Shown here piece by piece: positions 39,180-54,000 of a stretch of 64,000 nucleotides of DNA (position 1 is its first letter; each line of letters starts with the position of its first letter). The notes beneath the pieces were generated by a model. The model was not told the DNA's origin. It made no database searches and saw only the letters and a list, made by a program, of their open reading frames with translations. The translations under genes and the position numbers were made by a program. The DNA lies in contig JAYWIR010000020.1 in the NCBI GenBank assembly GCA_036172245.1, forward strand, positions 2,046,001 through 2,110,000, in the 5' to 3' direction. This DNA comes from Raillietiella orientalis (lineage: Eukaryota).

Positions 39180-40120
39180 TCAATCCATCCCAAATGCAGA
39201 GATCTTGTTACGCCTACTGCAAAGCAAGAGATAAGGAATACTGATTATTGTTTAGAAACAGTAAATTCAATTCATGGAAGATTATTATGGCACCCACTTT
39301 TTAAAATTTTGCTCCCATTATTGGACAATTTAATGAAGATCTTCTCTTCTGATTGTTTAGTTACTTTTAAATAAGCTGTGCCATAGAATTCTCACTTTAA
39401 ATCCCAAACCCTCTAGTAGTCTCCATTCATATTAAAGCTGTCAACAGACAAAAACAACTCCGAATAAATGACCTTCATATCTAAAAGGTGCATCCAGAAA
39501 CAGGTGCAAATTGAAGAGGATTTAATATTTCTGACAGATTCATATTTGACGATCTATATGGGTGGTTTACCTTCACTGATGAAAACAAATCAAATTTGTG
39601 AATAAGAAATCACGGAGATGGAGACAATTACCACTCAGGTATTATTAGATTTTAGTCTAATAAATTCTGAGTTTGCGTGGTTGATAGGAAAAAGTATCCA
39701 ATTACTCGACATATCCAATCATTACGATTTGCACGTGAAGGTCAACTCGTTTTGTGTGTTTTCATACATATCTGACTACACTTTCTTTCAGATAGGACCC
39801 ATATGTTTTCGTCTCATAGTAATTATGAAAGGGTAAAGACCAGTGTTGAGCTTCCATATAACGAAGGAGTTTCCCAGCCAAATGATGTGAACACCACTGA
39901 TCCCAAAGACTATCAAACTGGTTTGCACTTCAGATTAGTTTACATAGACATAGTCTGGTGCTGGAGGCTACATATATCAGTGGTAGTGTTCTGTAGCAGA
40001 GAAGATGGAAAGATGTGTTCCTGGAAAAGGTAGACGCGGAACTGAACCTAGAAAAGAAAGAGCATGAAATGTCACCAGTGAGATGATTCAAAAACCAATG
40101 GTACAGAATTTGGCACGAAA
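39180..40120 (+). mobile_element. Decayed Penelope-like retroelement (RT plus GIY-YIG)
   Basis: Ordered degenerate motifs across frames: YCLET/IQFMEDYY, PLLDNLM, RFIFDDL, ITEMET..VLLD, QLLDISNH..LHVK, SVELPYNEGVS, DPKD..LVY, TYISGS, KEH. The order matches the PLE thumb, linker and GIY-YIG. Confidence 0.5.
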
Positions 40121-42078
40121 GAATGCGTTGAGGCATAAGAGAATCCACAAGCTGATATGGATTCTGATTTTAATCAATTAATCCATAGGAGACAGCTATA
40201 AAACTGCATAGATACTTGCAACATGCAAATATGCACGATGTAGTTACGTATGACTATCGGCAAAATTATATTAGATACTTTTGATTTCATCCCAAAATGA
40301 GAACTAGAACATATTCAGTCTTTTAGAGGAGGACTATTTTGACGTCGGTTATTTTGTCTCATCAGCATTATTGTCTTCACCTAACAGAATGTGTTTGGTT
40401 TCATTGTGTCTAGAGTAATATTTTGTTTCAGTCTTCAAAGATTTTAAATTGTTAAAGTAATAACCTGCAAAAATTTGATCGTGGCAGAAATCCTCAAGAT
40501 TTTTATAATACAGTGCAACTAATTTCAAAGTAGTCATAATTATTCCTCATCGTTAAGAAAATGTCACGAGAGCTATTGGATATGAAACAATCTCCAGTAC
40601 CGAAGTAACTCTAATTTCTTCCTTTCTCTCTCTCAAGAAGTAGACATAAGAAGCCCTTAACATGACCGATTTTTTTGGCAACAAACTCATTCTCTTGCAT
40701 TCATTTTTTATTCACTAACCAAAGTGGCATGTAGACTAGTTTTAAACAATTTACTAAAGGCATTTGGCTACAATTTGACTCTGAGGACTCGGAACGTAGC
40801 CGAAAGCCAAGCATAGAAGCAGTTGATAGCATTGGCTTTGCTTGAGAATGGAAGCATCCAGTGTTTTATCCCAGGCAGCTGCTAGCATAGATGGATGGAG
40901 TAGTTCATTGGATTATTACATTTGATGAAACTGAGAGAACAAAGTAAATGATTCCTTATTCGCAATTAGCTAAATGCACATTCAGCTAGAAGTAGCGATC
41001 ATTTTCCTAAAGTATACAAAAAGTATACACGTAATTTACATAGCTAATAGTTTATCTGGGGAAAAGGAATCTTGAGGAAAGAAAAAATTATAAAAAATCA
41101 ATACATTTCTGCCTCCAGTGCATTTAATTAATACATTATTACTATATAATTGGTCCATGAGAAATTCTTTTCCATCTATGCCACAATCGTGCAAAGTTAC
41201 CGTTATGAAGTAAACATAAGAAACATGCACGATTGCAAATACCTATCAGCACAGGGTTAATATCAATAGAGGCTGTTAGTCTTATTACATGTTAGATCAA
41301 GACTAAGAGTATTATCTGTCAAATCAAATGATCATGGGTTCAGAAAGAAGATATTAAAGAGTCATTGGGTAGATGATATTTTTAGAAATGTTATTAGTGA
41401 TAGTAGAAGCATGTTCATTCATAGAAGGTACTTTTCAAAGCAATTTTGTGATAAAATAATATTGTTAATGTATATAAGAGACATATATGGACAAGTAGAA
41501 CTAGGACAAGGCATAGAGGAATAAAAATAAGGTTTAAGATATTTCAATTAAATGGATCTTTCGACGGAACTCAGGATTAGTAGTAATGCTACTGAATATT
41601 ATAAAATGATTTTCCTATTGTTTCGAGAGCCAATTTAGTTGTAGATGCATTATTTTAGGCTTAAATCATTATTTCGAGTTCCGTGATTTGCATTCGAAAA
41701 GTTTCACATTGTTTGTTTTGATATTTCTTTGATGTTCCCAACTTTCTTATTTTATATTTATATTAACTACATCTCGGTGTTCATGTAAATATAAACAATG
41801 CCACTTCGATATTGCCAGATATATGTAAATTATAGCATAGATTGCTATGGGATTAGAGGAATTCCAGGGGAAAGAACCTGGCAATTGAGTCAGGTCGAAA
41901 CCGCCAATGTCAAATGTGAAAGCATTCTTGAGAATTGAGACGTTTTTGTTTTTGAATCATAACTTAGAAACGATAATGGCTTAGCAACTAGCATTGTGAA
42001 AGTTATAAAACACATTTGTAAGACTTAGATTGTGTGGTCATAGAATCAAAGGGTTTTCGTGTTAAAGAAATTTTCAAC

Positions 42079-45000
42079 ATGGAAGTGGCTAACAAGATTC
42101 TGTCTGATGTACATGATAATAAGAGTATTCAGCAAGTTCTTCTTTCTCTATCAAATGAAAAAGTAAGCATTCCTGAGCCTTAATCTGGGAGTCTCAATTC
42201 AAGTGTCTCGGTTCAATTATCTAAAATAAAGTTAAAATATTTCAGCTGAAATCTGCATTGATGAGTTGTAAGGAACAGCTTGTAGTTTTGGTGCAAACAA
42301 TATTCAGAGCCCTTCATAGTGATTTGGAACCATGTGTTTCAAAAAAGATGGAAGTAAGTGAATCAAACAAGCGATTTCTGCATAAATGCTAATCATCAAT
42401 ATGAACAGAATATCTTGTCATACTGCTTTTTAGAATGTATTTATTTATTTATATTATTAAGGTATTCAAGATTCTTTTGGATCAGTGTTCAAATGAAGAT
42501 ATGTCAAATCCTATATTTCATCAAGTCATGTCAGTGATTCTTCTTGAATTGGAATCTGTTCCTGATTCTATTTTGTTACATTTGTTACATCGCATAATGG
42601 ATTCAATAGAATTAGTTGAAGTAAAATATGAAAGGTTAGCTTACGAAAGTTTAATTTTATTTAAAAATTTAGAGTTGAAGTTTACTTAGCATTAAATTTA
42701 AAACGAAAAATTTAGGTTTTTTTTGAATTATTTTGATATATGTGGTTTATTAAGATGGGGCAGTCTGCTTCCAAAAATTTTAAACATGATTGTAAAAAAA
42801 GATCGAATCAATGATGGTGTTCCAATAACAGGAAAAAAGCTTCATGAACAGATTATTAGGCAATTATGTGAGCATAGTTGGAATGTCAGGAATGCAGCAT
42901 ATGTAGCCTCCTTGATGAAGTGAGTTCATTGTACAAGCAAGTTGATGTGTTGTGTCATAGGGATATAGAATTAGGGCCGCATCTTATTCTTCCTGTTCTG
43001 AAGCAGATTTTTGTTTTGTGCAATGAAGTGAATTATGAAAGTGTACCTCCTCTGATTTATCAAGCTCTTCTGTTGTGCTGGAATGTTCATGCAAACTTTG
43101 TGTTGCAGCAACTTAATCAGTACTTTCTAAAACATTTTACTTCCAAGAAAAATGAATGGACCATAGATAAGATGGACTTGAAAGGTAAGAAAACCTTCTG
43201 ATGATTTTCTATGCACAATTTAAAGATAAGAAGTCTCTTATGGAACTTTGGCCATCTTACAGTACTGTACTGTATTACATTCGAAATGCAGTTCAAATGG
43301 GGCACCCAATTCTTCAAGAGATACTGAAAATGCTGAAATGGTGTCAGTTTTTTCCGTCACTTCTGTGTTCTTCATTTTTGCTGGCTGTTGCACTCACAGT
43401 GTCCAGTTTCTGCACTCTGCAGATTCAAGTATATGATCTGCTTCTTGATGTTGTTGTTAAGAATGAAAAGAGTTATGACCGGAAACAACAGTCATGCTGG
43501 CTTACAGAAGTACTTTCTCAAAACTGGGATGCAGTGCAAGAGTTTCGAGACTTCATTTTGAACTTGTAAGGGATGGTGATATGCTTATTGACTACTGTCA
43601 TCATTGCAGTCCGCTTGATGTTGTAGCAGAAGGTTTAGTGCACTTTGCTTTCACTTTACTAGGAAAGCCATTAGGTAAAAAGATAATTTCTGTGCAGATG
43701 CAAGTATTGGCAAATACCATTCTAAAATGCTTAGTAAAGAAAAGACCTGAGGCTATGCACTTGATTTTGGAAAAACTAAGTTGTCAAGTCTTATCAGTGC
43801 AAAGTTCTCAATATGCTGGTAAGAGTGATTGAATGATTCTGATTTTAAATAATGACTTTTAGCATTGTTAAAAGAATTAGTACATCATGCTTCAGCATTA
43901 TTGTTGGAACATGTATCACAAGTTAGGGAAATCCTCCAGTTGATGCCTACTTTGCCAGCAAGTACTGCCCATTTGATGATACAAGCGTTAATCCCTTTGG
44001 TCAAAGTAAATCCAATTCTCAAAGATTGCCTGTTTATTGTTTTGCGAAAATCCTTATTTTCCAAGTATGTGGTTGAAAACATTACCTCTGTCATTTGTAT
44101 TTACCATTTTCAGAGAATTAAATTCTCGACTGGTAGCCATGCATGGTTTAGTACTTCTTCTACAATATTCTCAGAGTATTGGTTCTCTTCCAAGCAGCCA
44201 ATGTAGTCAGTACTCTAATGATACAGAGTGGTTTCATGAGGAGGTATTCAGAGATGTGATACTTTGTAGCAAAATTTTGCTGACTCAGTTTCTGCTAACT
44301 TATGTTCATTTTTCGAAGGATTCTTTTTCGTTTTTTCAAATCATGAATTATATTCGTGATCTTGTTTATAATTTTCTCTTTTTTTCTGTTGACGCAGTTT
44401 CTTGGAAGGCATTATAAATCATTCATTATTTTCTTTTTGACTGCTGTTATGTGGTGCTCTAGAATCCCCAGAAACTTTGCTGCACATTTTGTAGGTTGTT
44501 GAATCTTCTCATGGTTGTTCCCTGTCCAACAATGCTGTTTGTTTGGAGATCCTCGGTATACTTCGTCACTGCTTTTCCCAGCAATTGCCTGTACAATTGG
44601 TTCTCTGTGAAGGTAGGAGATCATCGAACAAAACGCTTAATCAATTGATCAGGCCTACAGTCTTGTATAAGTAAAAACTCCGAGCTTTCCAAACGTATTT
44701 TAGTTATACTTTTGGATCAGTTGCAAAAGTATCTGATTACTGAAGGACAACAACCTGTATTACTATTGGATCAGCTAGTTTTAAAAAACAAAGACAGTAC
44801 TGTTATTAAGGTGATTGCTTTGATTCAGCATGTCAAGAAGTTGGCCTTCAGTTTCCTATAGCTCATGTAGTAGCAGTTCTGGTGGAATGTGTGGAGCAAT
44901 CCAAGCATCATGCTTTTCAGGAACTTCAGCAAGCTAGGGTCATCCTTGACTCTCTTCAGTGTTTGCTTACAAGTCCTGAAGATGAGAACACATTGGTATA

Positions 45001-47265
45001 TTAATATGTAGCTTGGACTTTCCTGCTGATCTCATTGAACTTTAGCTTAAAGATGTGTACTCCAGTGAGACTGATGACGCACAGAGGTATCAGTGTCTTG
45101 GTAGGAGCATTTTGGGTCTTTATGAAATGGCTATGTTATGGACACTCAAGGCTGTTGACTGGAATGCTGAAGTTGTACATGCTCAGCGTATACTACAGCT
45201 TCATGCTTCCTGGAAGACACTGGCAGGACATATTTGTGGCAAGGTTAGGGGATTATAGAATGAGGCACATGGGTCTCCAGGAAAAGAAAAAAAAAAACGC
45301 AGTTAAAAGTGGAATAGCCAAAACGTTTAATGCCACCAAAATCTCAAACTCCAGCATCCAAGGTGCATACGTTCCTTTGCCAAATGCACAACATTATGCT
45401 TGCCAAATTCTAACCTGGCTGGTCAAGTAAGGTGGAAAAAAATATAGTTCATGTTGAGCCTGCCTTTTAGTAAGGACTCTCGGACTAACAATGCTGCTCA
45501 GATTATGTGCCAAGATAAGGCATTCTTGTCATTTTTGATGACCCAGATTCACAGCTCTCTAAAAGCAGTGCTGCCAGAAGAAGTTGTACCATCATCTTTA
45601 ATTCCTGTAACCAGGTTGGTAAATTTGGTTTTTATGCAGATGTGTCTGATGGAATTCTGTAGGTTGTTGTTTAAACTTGGTCCATGGCTTTTGGATCTTG
45701 ATTCTGGTTGGGAAGAAGGCTTGACCATTCTCTTCCAATGCTGGCAAACATGCATTTCTGTAACTGGAAGCCGTTTTGCAGAGACTTTATCCAAAGCACG
45801 TAATGACAACCCATTTATATTGCATAAAAAGTTGTTGTTTTTTCCTTTTTTTAGCCAAAGAATTCATCTGCTATTGTTTGCAGTTCTTGCGGTGCCTAAG
45901 TGTAAATCCTAGGGGAACTGAAGCTCTCGATGTTCTTTCTTTTGTCCTGCATACTGCTTTGCATATTGTTCCACCTGAGGATCCCCTTCTTATAACAGTA
46001 AGGCTCATTTTGAAGCATAATTTCAACTTCGAGGCCATGTAACTTTTTCAAATAAGATTATAAATAGTCCATGCATACAGTCATGTCCTACTGGTTCACC
46101 TTCAACTTTGTAAATTAATGGGTTTATGTACTACTCTAGTACTTGTAGAATAGGGAGATTGGAATTTTAAGGCTTGATAGATTATAAATATAATCGACGT
46201 GTTCCATTTGCTTTCGTTCCTGTTTCTCCAGCAATTACTTAAAAGAATTGAAAGTTTCCCATCAAATATGATCTGCAAAGTCTTTATAAAAGTTCAAGCG
46301 AGTTTTTTTATTTTCGTTTTCAGTGCCAGCAGGAACTCCAACAGATATGTGATGAGGAAAGTAAGGCTATTAAAGCACTTATGCCCATATTGTGTAACCT
46401 ACTCATGATTGTTCAAAAAACTCCTACCTTGCTTCTTGATATTGCAATCCAGGTTCACACTGTTCTTGGAGACGTTGATCAGGTACAAAAAGTATGAAAT
46501 GTTATGTTACCATTACCTCAGGAAGTAAATCTGGCACCAAAAATGGTGTTTAAATCTATGACTTCAAACGAATGCTCTGATGTTAGCACAGTATTGACTA
46601 CTGCTGTGGAGCATGTGCTCAAGGACATAGATTGTGCTTTAGAGTTGTATCGAGCTCATATATCATCAGGAGGTCTGCTGCTTTCTCAGACTGAAGAGAA
46701 AGCTAAAGAGCATGCCATTTGTGGACATCTAGCTTTCATTATTTCTATATTGCATGAACTAACTCAGACTGCTCTTATTGTGGGATCATGCACAGATGCA
46801 GTCATGCAGATTGCCACACATGTATATACTTGTTTGGGAAACTTGACGAAATGCCATTTGGACGCCATTCGCCTAGGACAATATTCCAGTGTGGGAGTAA
46901 AGTGAGTGCTCATATATGTTGCCATCTATTAATGTGATTGCATCTATAGATATTTAGACATGGTGCGCTTGACACGAGTAACATTGACCCCATACATTTA
47001 CTCGTTCATTACGTATGTAGAAGAAAATCAGCAGACTGCTAGTCAAAGTGGTGGTACATCTTCCAAAATGCGAGTACTTAAAGAGACCAAATTTATTCCT
47101 CAACTAATTTATTCCATTGAAAAATACGAGAGGCATCTTATCCAATTAGGGAAAAAGGCCAAGGTCAATTTAATGAACAGTGGGAAACTGAGTACAGCAC
47201 GAGACTTTCGTATCAATTCAGCTTTGATAGCCAAGCTTGTTGCATCTCAGCAGCAAACTGACTGA
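42079..47265 (+). CDS. FANCI: Fanconi anemia group I protein, 21 exons, about 1241 aa
   Basis: PPLIYQ.LL, IVLRKSLFS (monoubiquitination Lys), LPSSQCSQ (SQ cluster), CLEILGILRHCFSQQ, RVLKETKFIPQLIYSIEKYE, KLSTARDFRI. Twenty GT-AG introns give a continuous 3726-nt frame. The small exon 46232-46279 and its GTCTTT donor are the least certain part. Confidence 0.92.
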
Positions 47266-47335
47266 AGTACCAGAGGCAAGTTTAAATAAAGGTCTATGAT
47301 AACTAAACTATACATGGTCATTATTTATTTGGTAA

Positions 47336-50300
47336 CTAATTGATATAATAATGAGCATGGCTCAGATGACGGTAATAGTTAAGCCATTCTTCTAACATTT
47401 GAGCAACTAATAAGGGAGGCTTGTGAATATGTTGTTCAGCTACCAAAATGCCACTTTCAGTATAACTCACTTCCAACCATAAACGCAGCAACTGATCTCG
47501 TGAACTGAGTTCATCTTGTGTCAGAAAATGCACAGGTAACATCTTGCCATCATATGAAATCAGAGGCAAAAAAACAACTTGTAACCTGTCAGGTTCATGC
47601 AAAGCAGAGCCAGCCTGACAACATAAAGTATCTGGTTCCATTGCTACTAATGCTGAAAAGTGTCCTCGTGTGTACCCTAAGGCAATGGGACATTTCCAAC
47701 ATTGGGCTGGTTCCAACAAAAAGGGCAAATAGATGCCTTCAAATCTCTCATAGCCTAGTGCTTCACCATATACGCTTTTGATATATTTGACACCGTAGAC
47801 AATAATTGGGCGTTGTAGCACATGAGCTAGTGCTAATACATGGATCTGATCCAGAGCTTCTCCTGGCTGTGCAGCCAAATTGACCAGCACATCCCAGTCA
47901 TCTTCTAGCTGACTATCATCAAGCTGATAATCTAATTCTTGAGCTTGGCTGATCTCATATGAACGCCACCGAGGATAAAAACTACAGGAAAGTGTAATGT
48001 AAAACAGGCCAGGCAAGCTTACCAATGACTGGCTCTGCTCAAGCTTTTTGCTAATGCATCCCTTAAAACATTATTCCTATCTAAAATACCCCAAGTAGCC
48101 TAAAAATACATGAAAATAAACATAGATAAATTGTTCCAGTTACCTGCAGTGCTGAATCAAGTAAACAATCCCCTGCAGTACGATTCCAAAGAGCATACAA
48201 CCGGGATCGCAAATGAGAAGTCAATTCATCGGACCAGTTAATGATACTGTCTGCTTCCAGTTCCTTTTGAACTTCTTGATCTAGCATCTCACTCCATAAC
48301 TGCTCTTGTACATAAGGGTGAAGATCTCCGATTTCTAATATTGTAAGCAACAAGAATTTTAGTGTATCTGAGATTTCATATTGACCCCATACCAGCTGGT
48401 AAAGTAAAGGTGGCTAACTCCAAGACATAGCACAAAGGAAATTTTGCACTAAGATGATGCATGTTGGCTAGAATATGGCAACAGATGCTTACAGCCAAAT
48501 CTTCCGCGACCAAACAAGGAATGCGTTTTTTCTGCATTTGCTGGGTCTTATAATTTCTTAGAAGTAAAGTAAGGAACTGACTGCGTTTGTATCTAGAAGT
48601 ATGGCAAATATTTCAATTAAGTGCTCTACATTCTATTTGAAATGGAATTCGGTTAGGAAACTGCACATAAACCAATAATTACAATGAATGGAAACTCAAC
48701 AGTTAAACAAAATTCTACTATATAACTACACAATTAATTGCAATTTCAACTATTTTCTAAGATATAACTCCTGCTTTAAAGTTGGGTTATCAATATTCTA
48801 CCAACTATGTTCCCTGTAAAATAATTCTGCAATTTCATCAACAAACTTAGCAAAGATTGAAAATAGTTTTCAATTGCACAGGAAAACAGCCAACTTTCAC
48901 TTTAGTAGAATTCACAATTCTTCATATGTCCACAAAGAAAGCAAATGTACAAACAGCAATGTCACGGTTTTTTATTCTTAATTAGCATTACACTTATCTG
49001 TAATAAGAAAAAGAATACAACACACTATATTGAATTTGCATTTCTACAGTTCCAGAAAATTATATGTTGCTTAATTTTCTTTAAACACAAAAGACCACCT
49101 TTTCTGATGTGCAAAAGTATAACTTCATTTTAACTAATTCACTTTGTTTTGTGATCCAAATTCACCTGTAAAACTTAGTCACACTCGTATTTTTTTCATG
49201 GTATCATTTGTCTTGATTTCTTTCCCATCCATTTGAACATGTAAGATTTTCATCTCTAACATTTATGCTTCCCCATATAGACTTATATCTATAATTAAAT
49301 AAAATGGATATGTTGTATGTTCATGACACACCAAATTTTAATAAAACTTCAACCAACAATTTTTCTTAAGATCCTTTTGATTTTGGTTGGTTGCACTTCA
49401 GTTGGCTTCTCTTGACTTTTCTTCACAGTACTTGTTACAACTGATTGCACCTAACAATCACTAAATTCTTATATGTTCTGACCAGCAATATCAACATAGA
49501 AAATCTACCATGCTTCTACTCTGCAAAGAATGTAACTTAAAATGCCTGTGCTAAGATTTAGTTCAAATTTTCGAATTTTCTTCCTCCTATAAAATGATTA
49601 AAATCAATACATTTCTTATTAGCAATCTTTGATTAATTAACAGTGGCACTCACTGAATACCAATTTCCAGGTTTATGTAACTATGCACTAACCATGTACT
49701 ACATTTTTACTGCCTATTGATTGAAGTGTTATCAACAATTCAAATCATTCTAACATTTTTGCTGACTGAATCTTGATGATCACCACTAAAAATTCTTTTC
49801 ATTTACCAAGTACATTTTGCAGTGAGTCTGAATTGTGATCAATATCCTTATTACCACAGAAATTCATAAATAATCACTACTTTCTTTAGAGTACTTACGA
49901 AAATCAGTTACCATTGCAAATAGCCAATAAAGGTATTTTTTTAAAAACAAATTAAAAACAACTGAACCACCAAAAGGGTGTTGAAAAATTAAGTTTCTCC
50001 GTATACAGCAGCTTCACAAATGATGAAGGTATATATACACACAAAAACTAAACATATTTCGAACATGAAAACAATCTATATCACTAAATATTCCATAAGA
50101 TTTACATCTATTTATCAAAACAGCGAATGGATTCATAAGAAATAAATACACAAGATGCCCACATTCCAATACAGATTTATGCTGCCAAAACAAAGAACAT
50201 AGTATTATTAGGAAAATTTCAGGTCTTACTTGATAGCAAGATGCACCAAGCTATCTCCGGAATTCAACGTTACCATTGAATCCAATAAATTAGTTTCATA

Positions 50301-51041
50301 TAAAGTTAGTTTCCTATAAACATTTCCACCTTCTTCCAAATAATTTTGAAGTAAGGTAACATCATTAAGAACTATACCCAGGCAGGCACTTAACCATCTA
50401 ATATCATCTTCATGTAAACTGAAATTTGATTTATTCAATAACCATTCTCGAATATAATTTCTATTATGTAGATTTTCTGCATCACACTGACTTAACCATC
50501 TGTTATCGTCTTTCGAAAGAGAAAAATGCTTTGGTATAAGCTGAGGGGAAAGTCTACACTGACAGTCTTCTGATATAACGTTTTCATCACTTCCAGTTTT
50601 ATTCTCACGATCTTTAGGTTGTAAACACATGACACATTTTCGTGATTTTGGCCAATTTTCATAAGTACATCTATTGCATATCCACTTTTTGGAAGGACAC
50701 TTCAAATCCAAGGATTCTGATGGATGTGTTTCTTTGCTTGCAGCAATGCTACCTATATTTACTTTATTTTTTAGGGATTCTGTAAGAACAACAAGTGAAT
50801 CTTCATTTATAGAGTCATTTTTTTCAGCCAAGATGACACACTGGCAATCATTACCATTGCAAGCAAAATCTTTTGTTTTACACATATTTGAATCACTATT
50901 AATTATAAGCTTTTCATTGCAATTGTTAACTTCTTCCGCCTCATTGAATTTAACAACACGTGGATTGCAACAAATGGTGCATTTTCTACTGTTAGGCCAG
51001 TTTTCATAGGTACAATGTATGCATGCCCATTTCTCACTCAT
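47336..51041 (-). CDS. ZRANB1: Ubiquitin thioesterase TRABID/ZRANB1 (NZF, ankyrin and OTU domains), 5 exons, about 641 aa
   Basis: Two W.C..CTYENWP...KC..C NZF fingers, SLVHLAIK ankyrin, and OTU catalytic LWNRTAGDCLLDS and YTRGHFSALV. Introns: 48593-50229, 48335-48392, 48100-48143, 47982-48022. Confidence 0.95.
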
Positions 51042-54000
51042 GCTTTCAAACTAAAATGGAATGAAAAACAATTTTTCGATTACACAAATCAACAGATTCA
51101 GCAGAATAATGAAGACATAGAACAAACAAGCAAATGAGTGCAATCAGCATGCATTCAATACTTTTCTTAAATGCAATTATTCTACTAAATTATTCTCTGA
51201 TTTGCGATCTTGTTCTTATTTATAGCAACTATTCTGTTTAACATATTTTTCGATCTCTATTATTTACTACACTTTACATTGAGAGCAAATAATCACTAAT
51301 GAAACCATTTGGATAAGCCAAAGATGGTCTCACATTACTAATCATTTTATTTCATTTCTTTACGGTTCTTTCCATTCTCTCGCCTCAGACACACTTTGGG
51401 CATTTATCTTAAAAATGTTGTAAATTCTTAATGTCTCTTTTACTCTTTTATGGCTATTCAATTTTTAAAAAACTGAGTCAACATACAGGTATTTGTAATA
51501 TCTACTTTAATACGCATCTCTCCGTCCAAAACGGCACATTTACGTTTTCACGCAATCGTTAAATTCAACTACAAAATGGGATAAGGTTAATGTAACCACA
51601 AAATTGGGATGCACCACGAGTTCTTCAAAAATGCATCAATAAATCTCAAAAACGAATTGTTCTTCAAAATGAAAATTCGTGGTAATTTACGCACGAAACA
51701 TTTATCTTAATGACATACTGCAAAAAAAAATGCATAGCACTTCTACTTGTATTCATATGATGGAGTATTTTATTTCCTTTGAGAATGATCAAAATATATT
51801 TTTTATGTAAACACCTCTTTTACTGAGAAAAATGGAATCTCACCGAGAATTCTATCACTCTGTTAACATATACACCCTTCACACGATCTCAACAAGAAAT
51901 TATGCATTTAAGCTGATTTAAATTTAAAACCATGCTGTACTACGCCGTGTCTCACAGGCAAATATGCATGCAAGCTGAAAATAAAATGCTCACTACCTCT
52001 GAACATCTGGGAATTCAATACCAGTATCAAACAAGGAAGATAAATCACAATCATACGTAAAAAAAAATTTTTTTTTTCGTAGAATACTTTTCTGTAATTC
52101 TCCTACATTTCAAATATCAGCTTCTCTTATGACATTAGTGCAATTACTAAATCGCTAATCTCAAATTAATCGTAGTTTAGCAATGAGAAGAAATTTAGCA
52201 TAGCATGCATAGTGGACTTCAAATTTAAAGTATGATTTGTTCCCATCCATCCATGCATTCTCATTTCTCATTCATACTTCCAAACTAAAATTAAATTAAA
52301 AAATTCTTTCAAACACCAATTCGATATTTTCTTATGCATTGAATTCTTATGAAAAGAGATTTATCATAGATGACTCATAATTTATAATATTCAGTTTTGC
52401 TTGCAATAAGGAGCATTTCAATAACTCTCTCAGCGTAAATTCCTAAAGATAGCCAAATTTTTTAAAATGTGAAATTCTAGGAAATTATAGTGTTTTAATT
52501 GCTATATTAAACACAGCACAAGATCTACTGTCGATTTTATTATGCTGCAATGTTGACATAGCATAATGAAACTAAAAATGTTGTATATGCTTTCAACATC
52601 TACATAACTAAGAACTTGACTCCTTGAAACTGTTACTTTTTACGATAATCAAGGAAACACTAGGAAATTTTAACTTCAGTAATAATAATAGTTCAACTCT
52701 GATACGAAAGCACTCTTCAATAGTCTTCCTCTGGTGTTAAATGATGCTTTTCAAATCATGTGATTTATGAGATAGATACTAATTATTCATTGTTTAAAAT
52801 TGATTCCATCAATACTGCTCACATTATCGTCAAGTTTTAATTTTTTAAATGCAACTCTGCCACAGCATAGAAACTGAAAGAATATTTCAAGATAAATACT
52901 ATTTTTTGTTTTGGTTAATATTATGTGCTTAATTAGTAGAATTCAATCAAACACCCATAAATAAGTTATCATGTTAATGATGCAAAAATGCATTTATCAA
53001 TTAATGTTTTTGCTAAAAGCAAAAGGTTTAAATAGCTTGCAACTTGGAATATTTTTTTTTTAAATCAAACAATAATCTCAATATGAATTCGAATTTTAAA
53101 AGATTAAGTGAAAGATTTTTCCACAGTGATGAAGGATGGAAAATGATATGTATTCGAACTCAGTATAAAGTTTAACAGAAATGAGAAGTAACTGTTATGT
53201 TTTCAGTTTCATCTGTTTCTTAATCAAAACTAGATATCCAAAAGACACTGAAGCCAAAAAAACACTGAGCGATTATATACCGTTAACTTTAAATTATTAT
53301 AACGGAAGCATGCAATGATGAAGAGTCGAATAAGCATAAAGAGTGTTTGAAAGATTTATTTCTCACTAATGTCGCCCTTCAAGATCAGAAAGGAAGGTGG
53401 TTTATGATGCTCATCCAGAAATTGGTTACTATGATACGACGAACTTTAATGAAAGAATAGTGTTAACTGGATATGACCAAAATAGGTTTAATGCTTACCT
53501 GTCATTTTCATTTCGAAAATTCGTGTTCGTTTTCAAAATGAGGGGACCTTGAAACACCTTATGCATTCCTGGTTTTCTATTGCAATCATTACTTGCTTCA
53601 ACTATGGTGCTGTTTGCGGGAGCACTAGGACGAAGATGCCAAGAAATAACCAGGTAGTAGTTGAGGATGTCTTGATTTTTCTTTATGGTTATACCTTTCT
53701 CTTAGCATCTTTTGCATTATTTTCATCAGTAAGAAAAGTTAGTTCCACAATCGAATACTTTTAATTGCATTCTAAGCATGCCATGTATATGAATAACTAA
53801 GCATTTTGGAGGTCAAGTATGTTATTCAAAATACCATGGAGATCATGTAGTTGTCTTGGATCTCATGATGTGTGGTGTTGGATTACTACTCAAGTCTCCA
53901 ACTTCTTTGGAGACCTTGATACAATACATGCATATGGCAAAAAAATAAGTGCACACACTCTAGCATTACCGAAATAGTTGATTTTCCTTTATGAAATAAG

